This document shows, piece after piece, positions 54,094 to 64,000 of a stretch of DNA of 64,000 nt. The notes beneath the pieces are model-generated. The model was not told where the DNA came from. It searched no databases and saw nothing but the letters and a program-made list of their open reading frames with translations. Position numbers and translations under genes: made by a program. Source of the DNA: Macrostomum lignano (lineage: Eukaryota). The stretch spans positions 124,001 through 188,000 of the forward strand of contig NIVC01001180.1 of the NCBI GenBank assembly GCA_002269645.1, read 5' to 3'. Numbering within the stretch: position 1 is the stretch's first letter; each line of letters starts with the position of its first letter.

Positions 54094-54403
54094 GGCTGGC
54101 GGCCGAAAAGCTGGACCGCATCATTGTGTTCCACGCGGGCCTCGAGTGGGGGGTGCTCGGGTTGGCAGATTTGACACTTCGATTTTTATAGATTTTCTTT
54201 AGATTTTTATAACTTTTTTATTTTTCGAGATTTTTTTCTTGAGTAATATGTCATATGAAAGCTTACATTTGGCAGAATAATATAGTGTTTTCAGATTTGT
54301 TCTATGTACAACATGTCAATTTCTATAGGCAAATAACTATTATTAATATGAAATTTTAACTAATTTACACTGGTTTCAATGGCAATTCGCTGACGTCATC
54401 ACC

Positions 54404-55400
54404 CTATTGTTCCAAATATCGCGCGTAGCGCCTTCGGGGCACGAATCCGTTCACACCTTCTCCTTGCTGAGTCACTCTATCGCCTCGTGGTCTCAAATTA
54501 TACCTTTCTACTGGCTGAGCTTCCTCCTCTAACTCTATTGCTCCTTCCTCTTCTGATGGCTCATCTGAGTCAGTCGCTCTCTCTGTATTCTCACTGTTCA
54601 ATTCTTCATTTCCTTCGTTTTCAATCTGCGAATTATGATCTGCGAACACTCTCCATTGAATTCTGTCTTCTTCGTCTGAGCTTTCCTCCTCTAAAATTTG
54701 AACTTCTGGGTTTTTATTAACTTCTTTTCGTCTATGGTAAATTCTTTTCTTTGGCTTTGGCTGTTCCTTCTTCTTAGTTTGTACTATTGCTGGTTCTAAA
54801 TTATTATTAATTTCTTCGGATAAATTAATTTCGGATTTCGGCACTGGAGTCAGATTATTTCTGTTTCTCTTCGAACAACTTTGCAAATTCTCACAGCTTC
54901 TCCTCGAAATCTCATCTTCATTTTCATTTCATCTCAACTCAACAATTTCTCGACTCAATATCTCGACTCGACCCTGACCTCTCGAAAGCTTCTCTGCTGA
55001 ACTCATGCCAGCTACAGCTCTACTGTCACGGGTCCTACAACTCTCAACTCTCAATTCTCCTTTCACTGTTTCAGCTTGGCCTCGTCAGTAGAATCATAGA
55101 GATTATGTATTAATCTGCACTTTAGGCCTTACTGCCCTTCCTCTCCTGCATGGCCTGACTCTCTGAACCTTTCTTGGCTCTTCTGAAAGCGTCATCGGCC
55201 TCTTCTTTCTGCCTTTGGTCAATCTGCAATAGGTCAGTATACAACTGTCCGTGCATCATGCCAATCTCTGCAATCCAATCTCTTCGACCATTTTCTTCGC
55301 ACAATTTGCACAATCTTCTCAGTATCATCTTCTCGTCAACTTCTCTGAGTAAAATAATCTTCCTTCAATGTTTTCAGTCCGAAATTGCAGTTCCCTGGCT
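54404..55400 (-). pseudogene. pol remnants (short broken segment and integrase C-terminal tail)
   Basis: ORF 54404-54886 ends in an acidic tract plus RYNLRPR, a motif typical of LTR-element integrase tails; 55122-55400 is a frameshifted protein-like fragment. Confidence 0.5.
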
Positions 55401-55696
55401 TTCCTAAATAATTTTCTTAGTAAAACGGCCCTTCCAGGGTCAAACGGCCCTTTTAAGGTCATCTAGTTAAAACGGTCCTTTTGAGGGTTACCTCCTAAAT
55501 TTTTAGCTATTTAATGACTTTTATTTACTTTAGACGGCTTACTTGGTGAGTACATTGCAATGTGCAGATGAAATACTTCTTAAACAAATATTTTTGGGAT
55601 TTTTCTAACTTTTATTCGTTTTTATATTTTTGCATATATATTTGAAACATATTTACAAAAAGCTTTTCAGAATCGCGCTCCTATGTACGAGTCTTC

Positions 55697-56272
55697 TTAA
55701 GGTGGCTTCTGCTGAGCATGCCGGTTGAACCTGATTCGGCACTGGTGTCCTGCCTGTGGCCTCATAGGTCCTGGTTGATCACAGAAGAAACAGTGACCCG
55801 GTTTTGGCTCCGGTCTGGTTCCACTGAATCGGTGCCTCTTCCAATTCGGCATTGGTCGGGGTGTCTGCGGTACTGTCTTAGTCTCTAGGCTGATGTTGGT
55901 GAAAATTACAGTTAGAGTGACTAGGCACTCCATCAGCGCTTCCATGCCCTTCTTCTGTCTCTGTTCCTCACTCTCTCCGTACTCTTCAATAATCCTTTGG
56001 CGGATGTACTGATACTTGAAGTCTTCTTTCCTATTGCTCAGTCTGCGCTTGACTCTCTCTGGGATGTTTAGATTCGCGAATAACTCTTTCTTGCACTCTT
56101 CCTCACTGAGCTTCTTATTCCTACAGTGCTGCTCAAAGGTGATCAACCACTTGCGAATATCTTCGCCAGGGGTGTACTTCTCGAATCTTTCTTCTATTGT
56201 CACTTTCCCTAGACAGTCTCGCAGTTGTTCTGCCAGCATAGCAATGGCGTCATTAGCCTGATTCTGATTCAT
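55697..56272 (-). CDS. gag: Shortened gag with degenerate zinc knuckle, 191 aa
   Basis: ATG ~75 nt after the PBS; capsid-like FEKYTPGEDIRKWLITFEQHC...ELFANL; C-terminal CFFCDQPGPMRPQAGHQC instead of CX2CX4HX4C. Confidence 0.75.
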   Translation of the reverse strand: MNQNQANDAIAMLAEQLRDCLGKVTIEERFEKYTPGEDIRKWLITFEQHCRNKKLSEEECKKELFANLNIPERVKRRLSNRKEDFKYQYIRQRIIEEYGESEEQRQKKGMEALMECLVTLTVIFTNISLETKTVPQTPRPMPNWKRHRFSGTRPEPKPGHCFFCDQPGPMRPQAGHQCRIRFNRHAQQKPP

Positions 56273-56348
56273 CTTCTCTTGAAAAACTTTTCAAATTATT
56301 CTTCGGAATTCTTCTAAATCTAGTTTTAAGAGTTCGCGCCGTTTCTCT

Positions 56349-56367
56349 AATCCCACCGCTGCCACCA
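56349..56367 (-). other. Primer-binding site complementary to tRNA-Leu (AAG/TAG type) 3' end
   Basis: Plus-strand AATCCCACCGCTGCCACCA equals the 3' end of eukaryotic tRNA-Leu including CCA; 3 nt from the 5' LTR. Confidence 0.9.
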
Positions 56368-56370
56368 AGT

Positions 56371-57034
56371 TGTCGTAGGTCTCTTTCTTCTGTCCTCCAA
56401 CTATCCCACTATTGCCACCAGCTGTGACAGGTGTTATTCCTCTGTCTTTCTAAACTTTTATAACTATTAGTGTTTATTAAATGTCCTACAAGCTGCCACC
56501 AAAGTTGTACAGGTGTTGTCTGCTTAACTAAAGTTATCCTGATTGTATTTCTGTTTTCACTCCCTAACTGTTTCTTAGAATCTCATATATTTTCTGGGTA
56601 TCTATGTATTAGTCTGGTAGCGTCTTATGTATTAGTCTGGTAGCGTTCTATGTATTAGTCTGGTAGCGTTCTTAGTATATGGCCTGAGCGGTCTTACTGG
56701 TATATGTCTCTCCAGTCTGGGCGTTACCGAGATTAGAGGGTCACAGCGATTACTCTTAGTACTCTCTTTGCATGAATTCCCAATTCTGACTTTCAATACT
56801 TTTTAAAATGAGCAAAGATCTGAGAATGTTTATCGAACACGTTTTGAGCTTATAGCTATCGAACGAGTTATTCTTTTCTTGCCTACACTTCTCTTCCTTT
56901 TATACTAGTTGATCGCGTGTATTTTAAACAAATTGTTACAAGTTGAAAATATTTTGAGTATTAAAACAACAAATATAAATTTCGCGCTAATTTGAAAAAC
57001 GAGTTTATAAGAAACAAAAGGTACCGCTATTACA
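56371..57034 (-). repeat. 5' LTR
   Basis: Same length and sequence as 52105-52768. Confidence 0.95.
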
Positions 57035-58627
57035 CAGGCCTAGGCTATTAGGCCTAGTATTAATGTCTATATTACAGGCCTTTTACAACCTGCAAGTTGA
57101 AATTTAAATTTTAAGTCTCGCTTTTATACATTGATTGTTTTAGACTGTAGTTACTTAGCCCATCTTCGAAATTTTCGAAAAATTGTTCCTTGGAAGAAAT
57201 GTATCACTCCTTAGTCGGACAAAAATGTCTGGACAAAAACCTAACAAATGTGTATTCTGACGAAGTGTCCTGCATCTGACATTATCAGATGCATTATCAT
57301 TGTCCGATGAAATTATCACTAAACATTTTAGTGATTAAAACGTACAGTAAGTAAATTTTTAGCTAGGCTGAAAGGCAAGTCAGCTATACGCCTGATACCT
57401 TAATAAAATTTACATTCTTCATAATTTGTCGACTTCGATCAGGTGATTAAATCATTGTTTTAAAAAAACAGGTTTTCTAACGCAGATAAACATATGTTGC
57501 AAACAAGAAATCTTACACCTCGCTTAATTTGCATACTTTGCCTAAATCGCTTTTAAAAACATTTTAAAATGTAAATAATGGTAAAGTATTTAGCTAAAAG
57601 GCTGAAAAACTATAGCTCGTAATTTAAATATTTTAATACAATACTCCGGCAGACGACGGAATGAATAATAGTACCTAGGCTAGCTAAAGTAGAGTATCTA
57701 AGACATACGGCGAATTTTGTATTTTTCGCATTGATTTTTTAAATGAGGCTCTTTTGTTGACATTCTAATGTCCTAACAACAACCACCCTGAGCTCCCCAA
57801 ATTCCAAAATCTTATACAGCTACGCTACACCGCCTGCTAGTTAATAAAATACGGCTGTGTTGTACATTTAAAATTATTTTAAATTCACCAATGTGCACTT
57901 TGGTGCCTTTGGATTATGGATTTTCTAAGAAGGACCTAATATTCCTCGATACGGGTTACAAACCTAAATAGTAGACAATGATAAGCAAATCCATAATCGC
58001 TAGTTTTAGTTTATTTTTCTAAAAATATTTGACAACGCCTCAGTTGTGCTCGTAGGTCACTCGTGTTGGGTGTAGGTATTTGTCTATATGTAGGTAAAAC
58101 ACAGTATAAGATTTTCGCAAAAAAGCTTAGCAGAAAAGCTAATTGCTTTGCTATCAATTGAAGTAATAAAAATTTACGAGCTACGTAGTCATAATAAAGA
58201 CAAGCATAATCTGCCTGTCTTTAATTTATAGCTTTTTGTCTATAAATTTTCCGTAAAGCCTATAACCTCCATTTTCTGAGAAACGAAAACTTTTTCTTTG
58301 GTTCCAGGACATTTGTCAACCGGCATTTCGTCAACCGGCATTTCGTTAACTGCATGGTATTTTGTCAACCAGACATTACAGCAACCGGACATTTGGTTCA
58401 AGCCAAAAATATTCGTCCGTCATGTTAGCCGTTAAGGTTAACATATTTAAGTTAAAGTTTTAAGTTTTAAGAGTTTTTTCATCATAGAAAATATATTGAA
58501 ACCATGTGCATGGTGTTTCAGGTACCATGGTACGAGTATTGCGACACCATTGAGGAATTTACGAAAATTCCTCACGAAAATCTACTTCCAAGAAGAAGTG
58601 TTAAACAATTTTGAAATCGCGTTACTA

Positions 58628-59558
58628 CACCTTTTCACGCAAGGACGACTTAAGTAGAAGGACGGGAAACCTCGTTTCTTAGAAAATTTTTGAAGGCACT
58701 TTTTCCCGAAAAAAATACACTACGGAGATAGGAAATTTTCATTTTTTCAGCACAAAAATTGCTATTACTTTTGATAGGAGGCAGATCCAGTGCTCATCTT
58801 TTGATATGTTGTGCCTTTTTTATTGCTCTATCGATATTTATAAAGCTTTTCGTTCAGAAAATTAGGATTATGTGTCAATTTTTTATTCTACGTACATTTC
58901 CTGTATCTGAAAATCACAAAAATGCATGACACAGCTCCAATATTTGCTTTTATGAACCTGTTTTATCATCTCTGTTACGAATATTTGCTAAACAGTCAGT
59001 TAAGAATGATAAAATAGACTCATGAAACCAAAGAGCCGAGCCGTGGCATTCTAATGTATTTCAATCACAAGACACGTGAAAATATACGGAGAATAAAAAA
59101 TTTACATAGAATCCTAATTTTCTGAACTAAAAGCTTTATAAATATCGATAGAGCAATAAAAAAGGCACAACATATCAAAAGATGAGCACTGGATCTGCCT
59201 CCTATCAAAAGTAATAACAATTTTTGTGCTGAAAAAATGAAAATTTCCTATCTCCGTAGTGTATTTTTTCGGGAAAAAGTGCCTTCAAAAATTTTCTAAG
59301 AAACGAGGTTTCCCGTCCTTCTACTTAAGTCGTCCTTGTTTTCACGTTCAATTTTGAACAAAGTCCAGTTCTAAAAAAACTAGCGGAAATTCAATTCAGA
59401 CAATTCAGACTGGGGCAACAAAACCCAGTTCAAAACATTCTGCTACGGAAGCGAGGTTTAGCCATAGACAAAATTGTCCCCAGTCTGAATTGTCTGAATT
59501 GAATTTCCGCTAGTTTTTTTAGAACTGGACTTTGTTCAAAATTGAACGTGAAAAGGTG
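58628..59558. mobile_element. Middle MITE: perfect ~81-bp TIRs, TA target duplication (Tc1/mariner-like)
   Basis: After removing the inner element and one TSD copy, 58626-58639 + 59347-59415 is the exact reverse complement of 59478-59560. Confidence 0.9.
58640..59338. mobile_element. Inner fold-back MITE: ~230-255-bp TIRs, 8-bp TSD (hAT- or P-like)
   Basis: Termini CAAGGACGAC...GTCGTCCTTG; TSD TTTTCACG at 58632-58639 and 59339-59346; arms differ at only a few positions. Confidence 0.92.
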
Positions 59559-60802
59559 TACTTCTCACATTCTCTGGCTGGTGCAGCTATATATTCAGCT
59601 ACAATTACATCTTTCGTAATGTCTGGTTGACGAAATGCCGGTTGACAAAATGCCGGTTGACAAAATGTCCGGTCACCTGTTTTTATTTCTTGTTCCTATT
59701 CTTCTATTAAGAAATCATATATTTACAAATCGTTGTCCTTCGATTTTTCAGGCCACACGTTGGTCAGAATTCGCGCGTTTGTGCCCCTGTGCTATTGTCT
59801 ATGGCACAACTCCAGTACGAACTGTCGATGTACGAGTACGAATACATGTAGCTATTCATCCAGCAAAACGCTGAAGACTTTTGAAGGTTTAAAACGAAAC
59901 CATTGTAAACAAGAGTAACGGAGGGAGGGGGTTAATGGTGTCTCTTTCAAGGGAAGCCATTGCCATGTTGCCAGTTAAGTGTGTCATCCGCGTCATTGGC
60001 CTGCGCCAGTTTCTATAGTCACGTGCGTTCCATCTTTCTCGATAACCGCCGTTGGCCTAATTCCACCTTGGTTGCGGTGATGTGTCCGCGCAATGTTTGT
60101 CGCTGCTTCCTGCTCGTTGGTCCCTTTTTGACCGGCGACAGTGCCACCGACCGCCATTCAACCTGTCACTGAGAGAGTGTGACAGCTCTGGCTTGCGCTT
60201 TTCAGCCAGCCAACTGACTGGTCATTTCGATTCCCTTGAGTTCGCAACGCTAAATTTCGTTTGATCCCACAACTTTTTGTAACACTAAATTTGATTCCTT
60301 TGTTTTCCTGTGATTTGATGGCAGTGTGAATGAGCTTTAAGCACACTCACCAACGATCAGATACGAATTCCGTTCTCGGACTTGCATAGGCAGGCACGCA
60401 TTCACTCAGGTGGTATAGCTAGAGTGCACTGACTTTCATGCCGCCGCCAAGCACGTACACGCGCTGATCTGTGTGTGCTAAATGGACGTGGATCAAACGA
60501 CAACTGATGGTCCAGGCTGGTCCAGGCCACAGACTTTATTAAAAATCAATGTCAGACTTCATTTCCATCGTGAGTTCAATTGAAAAATAGCTTTTCCACT
60601 GAAGATGTACAAACTTATAGCCATAAAAGTGATGACTGCAACTCATCAGCTTGCAACATGCAGCTTTATAGGGTCCCAGCCTATAGCTCAGAACCAACCA
60701 CCCCAACCCACCTCCTAACTTCTGGGCCCTGTTGCGTCACAATAATCATCTGATACACGCACTGTGTCACTATCATTGGGCCAAACCCTCCCAACCCACA
60801 TG

Positions 60803-60810
60803 TATAAAAG
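60803..60810 (+). promoter_or_regulatory. TATA box (TATAAAAG) of the nucleoplasmin-like gene
   Basis: Canonical sequence followed ~25-30 nt later by a pyrimidine tract; first ATG ~110 nt downstream. Confidence 0.7.
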
Positions 60811-60916
60811 ATTCAGCTTTCTTCTTAACTTTCTCTTCACTTACGCGCCAGATTCAGCTTGACTCTCGGAGAATTTCTAACAAAGTCCTTAGCTGCTATA
60901 AGTGAAACATTGGACA

Positions 60917-61732
60917 ATGTCATTGGTAGACGTTCAGTTTGGCGCCGATACTCAGCGGGACATTCAATCGCAGCAGCAGATGTCGTTTCACTTCTGGAGC
61001 TGCCAGCTGGCCGAGGCCAATCCCAAGTATCGCTGGGAGCCGGAGAGAGCGACGACATTCTCCGCAAACGGCAAGGACGACCGTCCAAAGCGTCAAGTTG
61101 GTCAGCACGACGAGCGAAATGGCAGCGACGGTGAAAAGGCGAAGGAAGCCGAAGGCAAAGGCGAAGAGCAGACCAAAGGCGCCGATCAAAATGGTCATCA
61201 CAGCAACGGCGAGGCCGCCGCCGACGCCGACTTCATGCAGCACGTGCTGAAGGTGAACGCCTGCATCCTGGGTCCCAAAGCCGCTGGCGTCCACCTGATC
61301 GCCGTGCGCACCAAGTGCTACGGACAGGACGAGCCGGACACCTGTCCGATTGTATGCATCGATCCGGACAGTCAGCGGACGGTCAGCCTCGGCTACGAGT
61401 TCGTGCTGGACAGCCAGAACGAGGTGACCTTCGAGCTGGCAGAGGGCGCCGGTCCCGTGTGGCTCACCGGCCTGCACCAGGTGCGCGTGCACGACCCCGA
61501 CGACGACGGCGAGGCCGACTGCGACGATGACGCCGATGAAATTGACGAAGAATCCGTCGATGGGTCTGTTGACTTAAACGAGGAAGATGATGAAGATGAA
61601 GATGACTATGAAGATGAAGAAGAGGAAGCTGCTCGTCCAGTTGCTAAGCGCGTAGCTCGAGCTTCCAAAACCGATCAACAACGTCCGGTCGCGTCGCCGA
61701 AAAAGCGAAAACCGGCGGCCAAAAGGACCTAA
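60917..61732 (+). CDS. Nucleoplasmin-like (NPL/NLP) histone chaperone, intronless
   Basis: Core motifs FWSCQL..YRWEP, HVLKVNACILG, PIVCI, VTFELAEGAGPVWLTGLH; long D/E tract; C-terminal NLS SPKKRK. Start is ATG 60917 or 60980; AATAAA at 61980-61985. Confidence 0.9.
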   Translation: MSLVDVQFGADTQRDIQSQQQMSFHFWSCQLAEANPKYRWEPERATTFSANGKDDRPKRQVGQHDERNGSDGEKAKEAEGKGEEQTKGADQNGHHSNGEAAADADFMQHVLKVNACILGPKAAGVHLIAVRTKCYGQDEPDTCPIVCIDPDSQRTVSLGYEFVLDSQNEVTFELAEGAGPVWLTGLHQVRVHDPDDDGEADCDDDADEIDEESVDGSVDLNEEDDEDEDDYEDEEEEAARPVAKRVARASKTDQQRPVASPKKRKPAAKRT

Positions 61733-63103
61733 TGACTAATGTACTTGCTGCAGGGTTTACCACATTTGCACTTTGGCTTTTACTGCTTGACTCTGTGGTT
61801 TTTATCAATTTAATCAACTGTCAACTAAATGCAATTGAATGCACAGCAAAATCAGCAATCCTATTTTTACTTCTAAATACCGTAGACTCGCACCGAATAG
61901 TAATTTGCATGTTCTGTGTACTCCGGCCTAGTTATTAATAATTCTAGTACTGTCTTATTTATTGCACTTCGACTTTACTAATAAATAATAGCAAAATTAA
62001 TGAAGAACAGCCATCGACATCGTATTCTAGTACTTTGTAACCACCTTCTTATACTTTTGTTGAATTTTTGGCATTGTTTTAAGAACTGAAACGTATTTTT
62101 TACATCAAAATATAGCTTTCATGCGAATAGCAATAGCAGCCATAGATCTTATGCTCCCTAGATAGGCCACTTTATTTCGGCAATCGAGAAATTGGGACTA
62201 ACAAACTAAGAATAATGCATGCACTCCAGAGACTACTGGCAAAATTGAGTTCAGTAGTCGATTTTCGCGCTTTAGCGAGTTGCAAAGCTTCTCACATTGG
62301 CTTTTATGGCCAGCCTAGAAGCTTAAATTAGAGTGATGCCTTAGTCTACGGCCCTAGCAGACATGGAGACCCAATTATGATCCGTTGATGATTTTATTTT
62401 GGAATTCAAGCATTCATTTTAGGACAATGGCAATCATATTCAACCAATACTTTTACTTTCGTCTATGGTCAAAACACCGTCTGGTCTATGGCACAGGGAC
62501 GGGTAACCAGGGACGGGTAAAGACACTGACATTGTGTTTAAGACACAGAGAACAGTTAAATTAACACAAGTCATACTCATATGGCTTGTAAATGGAGCTG
62601 GGAGCCCATCAGACCAAATAAATATAACAGGATTGGCGTTCCATGGTACACTGCAGAGAATTGCGGAGTCAGGCTTGAATGTCATCACGATTTGCTCACA
62701 CACTGCGCTTCCTGCCTCTCTGTTGGCCCGCCCGTGAAAACATCTGATTGAGCACAAATGCGGTCTGACAGTTTCTTAACAGTTTTAGTTTCGACTTGTT
62801 CGCTATGTGCAACACAGAATGCTAATTCACTCTATCACTTTTTCGCTTTCTGCGTCACAAAATACACAATTCGTCTGTCTATTGTTTAAAAAATTTCTCA
62901 AGTCTAAATTTTACTGCTCGATGTCTTGAATTCAATGCTCTCCCCATTCACGGTTTTGGCCATAGACAGTCGCCGAAGCATGGGTTGAATATGTTTGGCC
63001 GTGTATTAAATTGAATGCTTAGGTCTTCTTAAAAACTGAAAGATGATATATTATTTTTAGTACTTACTAATCCTGAATGGTGAAACATTACTTAGCTGCA
63101 TAG

Positions 63104-63962
63104 TTGCAGATGGCCCTACTATGAGCTGGTGGAATCGCTAACTGTATAACCATGCTTGGGTGCAAATTCTGTTCGGTAATTTAGCAGCAATTGGTCTCGC
63201 GGCTTCAATGGCATCATTTTTTGGTAAGGCTGACTCAAATTTATTTAAAAATTAGCTTGGTGTGTCTGAATTTTACCGCCATTGGAGATAAAGCATCATA
63301 TGTTAGACAGGAGTCCATGACCTCTAGAATAGAACCTGCCACCTGTTAGACAGGAGTCCATGACCTCTAGAATAGAACCTTCCACCTGTTAGACAGGAGT
63401 CCATGACCTCTAGAATAGAACCTGCCACTTGTTAGACAGGAGTCCATGACCTCTAGAATAGAACCTGCCACTTGTTAGACAGGAGTCCATGACCTCTAGA
63501 ATAGAACCTGCCACCTGTTAGACAGGAGTCCATGACCTCTAGAATAGAGCCTGCCACCTGTTAGACAGGAGTCCATGACCTCTAGAATAGAGCCTGCCAC
63601 CTGTTAGACAGGAGTCCATGACCTCTAGAATAGAACCTGCCACCTGTTAGGCAGGAGTCCATGACCTCTAGAATAGAACCTGCCACCTGTTAGGCAGGAG
63701 TCCATGACCTGCAGAAAATGCGAATAGCCCTAAATATCCCATAATGAAACCCTCAGTGTCAATAATAATCGCGGCCCTGCCGCTGATGACCCTGGCGGCA
63801 ATGATCGCCCTGGCCCTGATCGCTGTCTATGGCCTGCAGACTCTGCTGGTGCAGATCGACTTCGATCAGCAGTCGAGTCGGGCGGCCACAGCCGAGAGGC
63901 AGCGAGTCCGACTGACGCTGGGGCACGAGGATCGCGTGTCCCGGGCCGAGATGGAAGTCTAG
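63104..63962 (+). other. Fragmentary spliced gene for a small membrane protein (uncertain, possibly broken or running off the window)
   Basis: Phase-1 join TTT G|gtaagg (63223) ... ctgcag|AA AAT (63715) links two hydrophobic segments; in-frame TAA at 63139-63141; coding-like sequence continues past the TAG at 63960. Confidence 0.4.
63300..63712. repeat. 43-bp intronic minisatellite CCTGTTAGACAGGAGTCCATGACCTCTAGAATAGAACCTGCCA
   Basis: Direct. Confidence 0.96.
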
Positions 63963-64000
63963 CCCAGCGCTGTTCAAGGGCAGTCGGAAGCTCGATCTGG

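Larger units (their letters stand above)
52105..57034 (-). mobile_element. Non-autonomous Ty3/Gypsy-type LTR retrotransposon (4930 bp)
   Basis: 664-bp TG...CA LTRs at 52105-52768 and 56371-57034, identical by eye; 4-bp TSD CAGG; PBS, PPT and gag present; no protease/RT/RNaseH/integrase core in the 3.6-kb interior. Confidence 0.95.
58300..59677. mobile_element. Outer TIR element of a nest (GTTGAC-repeat family, related to 50653-51771)
   Basis: Left GGTTCCAGGACATTTGTCAACCGGCATTTCGTCAACC...CAGACATTA is the imperfect inverted copy of right TAATGTCTG...GTTGACAAAATGTCCGGTCACC; no clean TSD. Confidence 0.65.

Noticed and set aside
60920-61492. 190-aa antisense ORF over the nucleoplasmin-like gene (similarly 42761-43501 and other shadow ORFs over GC-rich exons)
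   Set aside because: Expected shadow ORFs of GC3-rich coding sequence; no motifs, promoter or splice support.

Overview
Eukaryotic (animal) genomic DNA: GC-rich, poly-Q/A-rich exons, with most larger introns filled by their own minisatellite. This architecture suggests a flatworm such as Macrostomum (inference only). I could reconstruct exon by exon, with matching splice phases: a KATNIP/KIAA0556 homolog (minus, runs off the window start), a CCDC88 Girdin/Daple homolog (minus, 11 exons), an RRM + coiled-coil gene (minus), a MATH-like + BTB gene (plus), a BCAS3/rudhira homolog (minus) and an intronless nucleoplasmin-like gene (plus). A fragmentary membrane-protein gene lies at the window end. 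Three conserved genes carry four single-base -1 frameshifts, three of them in homopolymer runs, most likely assembly errors. Mobile DNA includes a very young 4.9-kb pol-less Ty3/Gypsy-type LTR element (identical 664-bp LTRs, CAGG TSD, tRNA-Leu PBS, PPT) carrying an unexplained accessory ORF with its own TATA/CRE promoter. There is also a three-deep nest of TIR elements, hAT- and MULE-like MITEs, and a SINE-like tRNA-related remnant. No rRNA, intact tRNA or CRISPR array was found.
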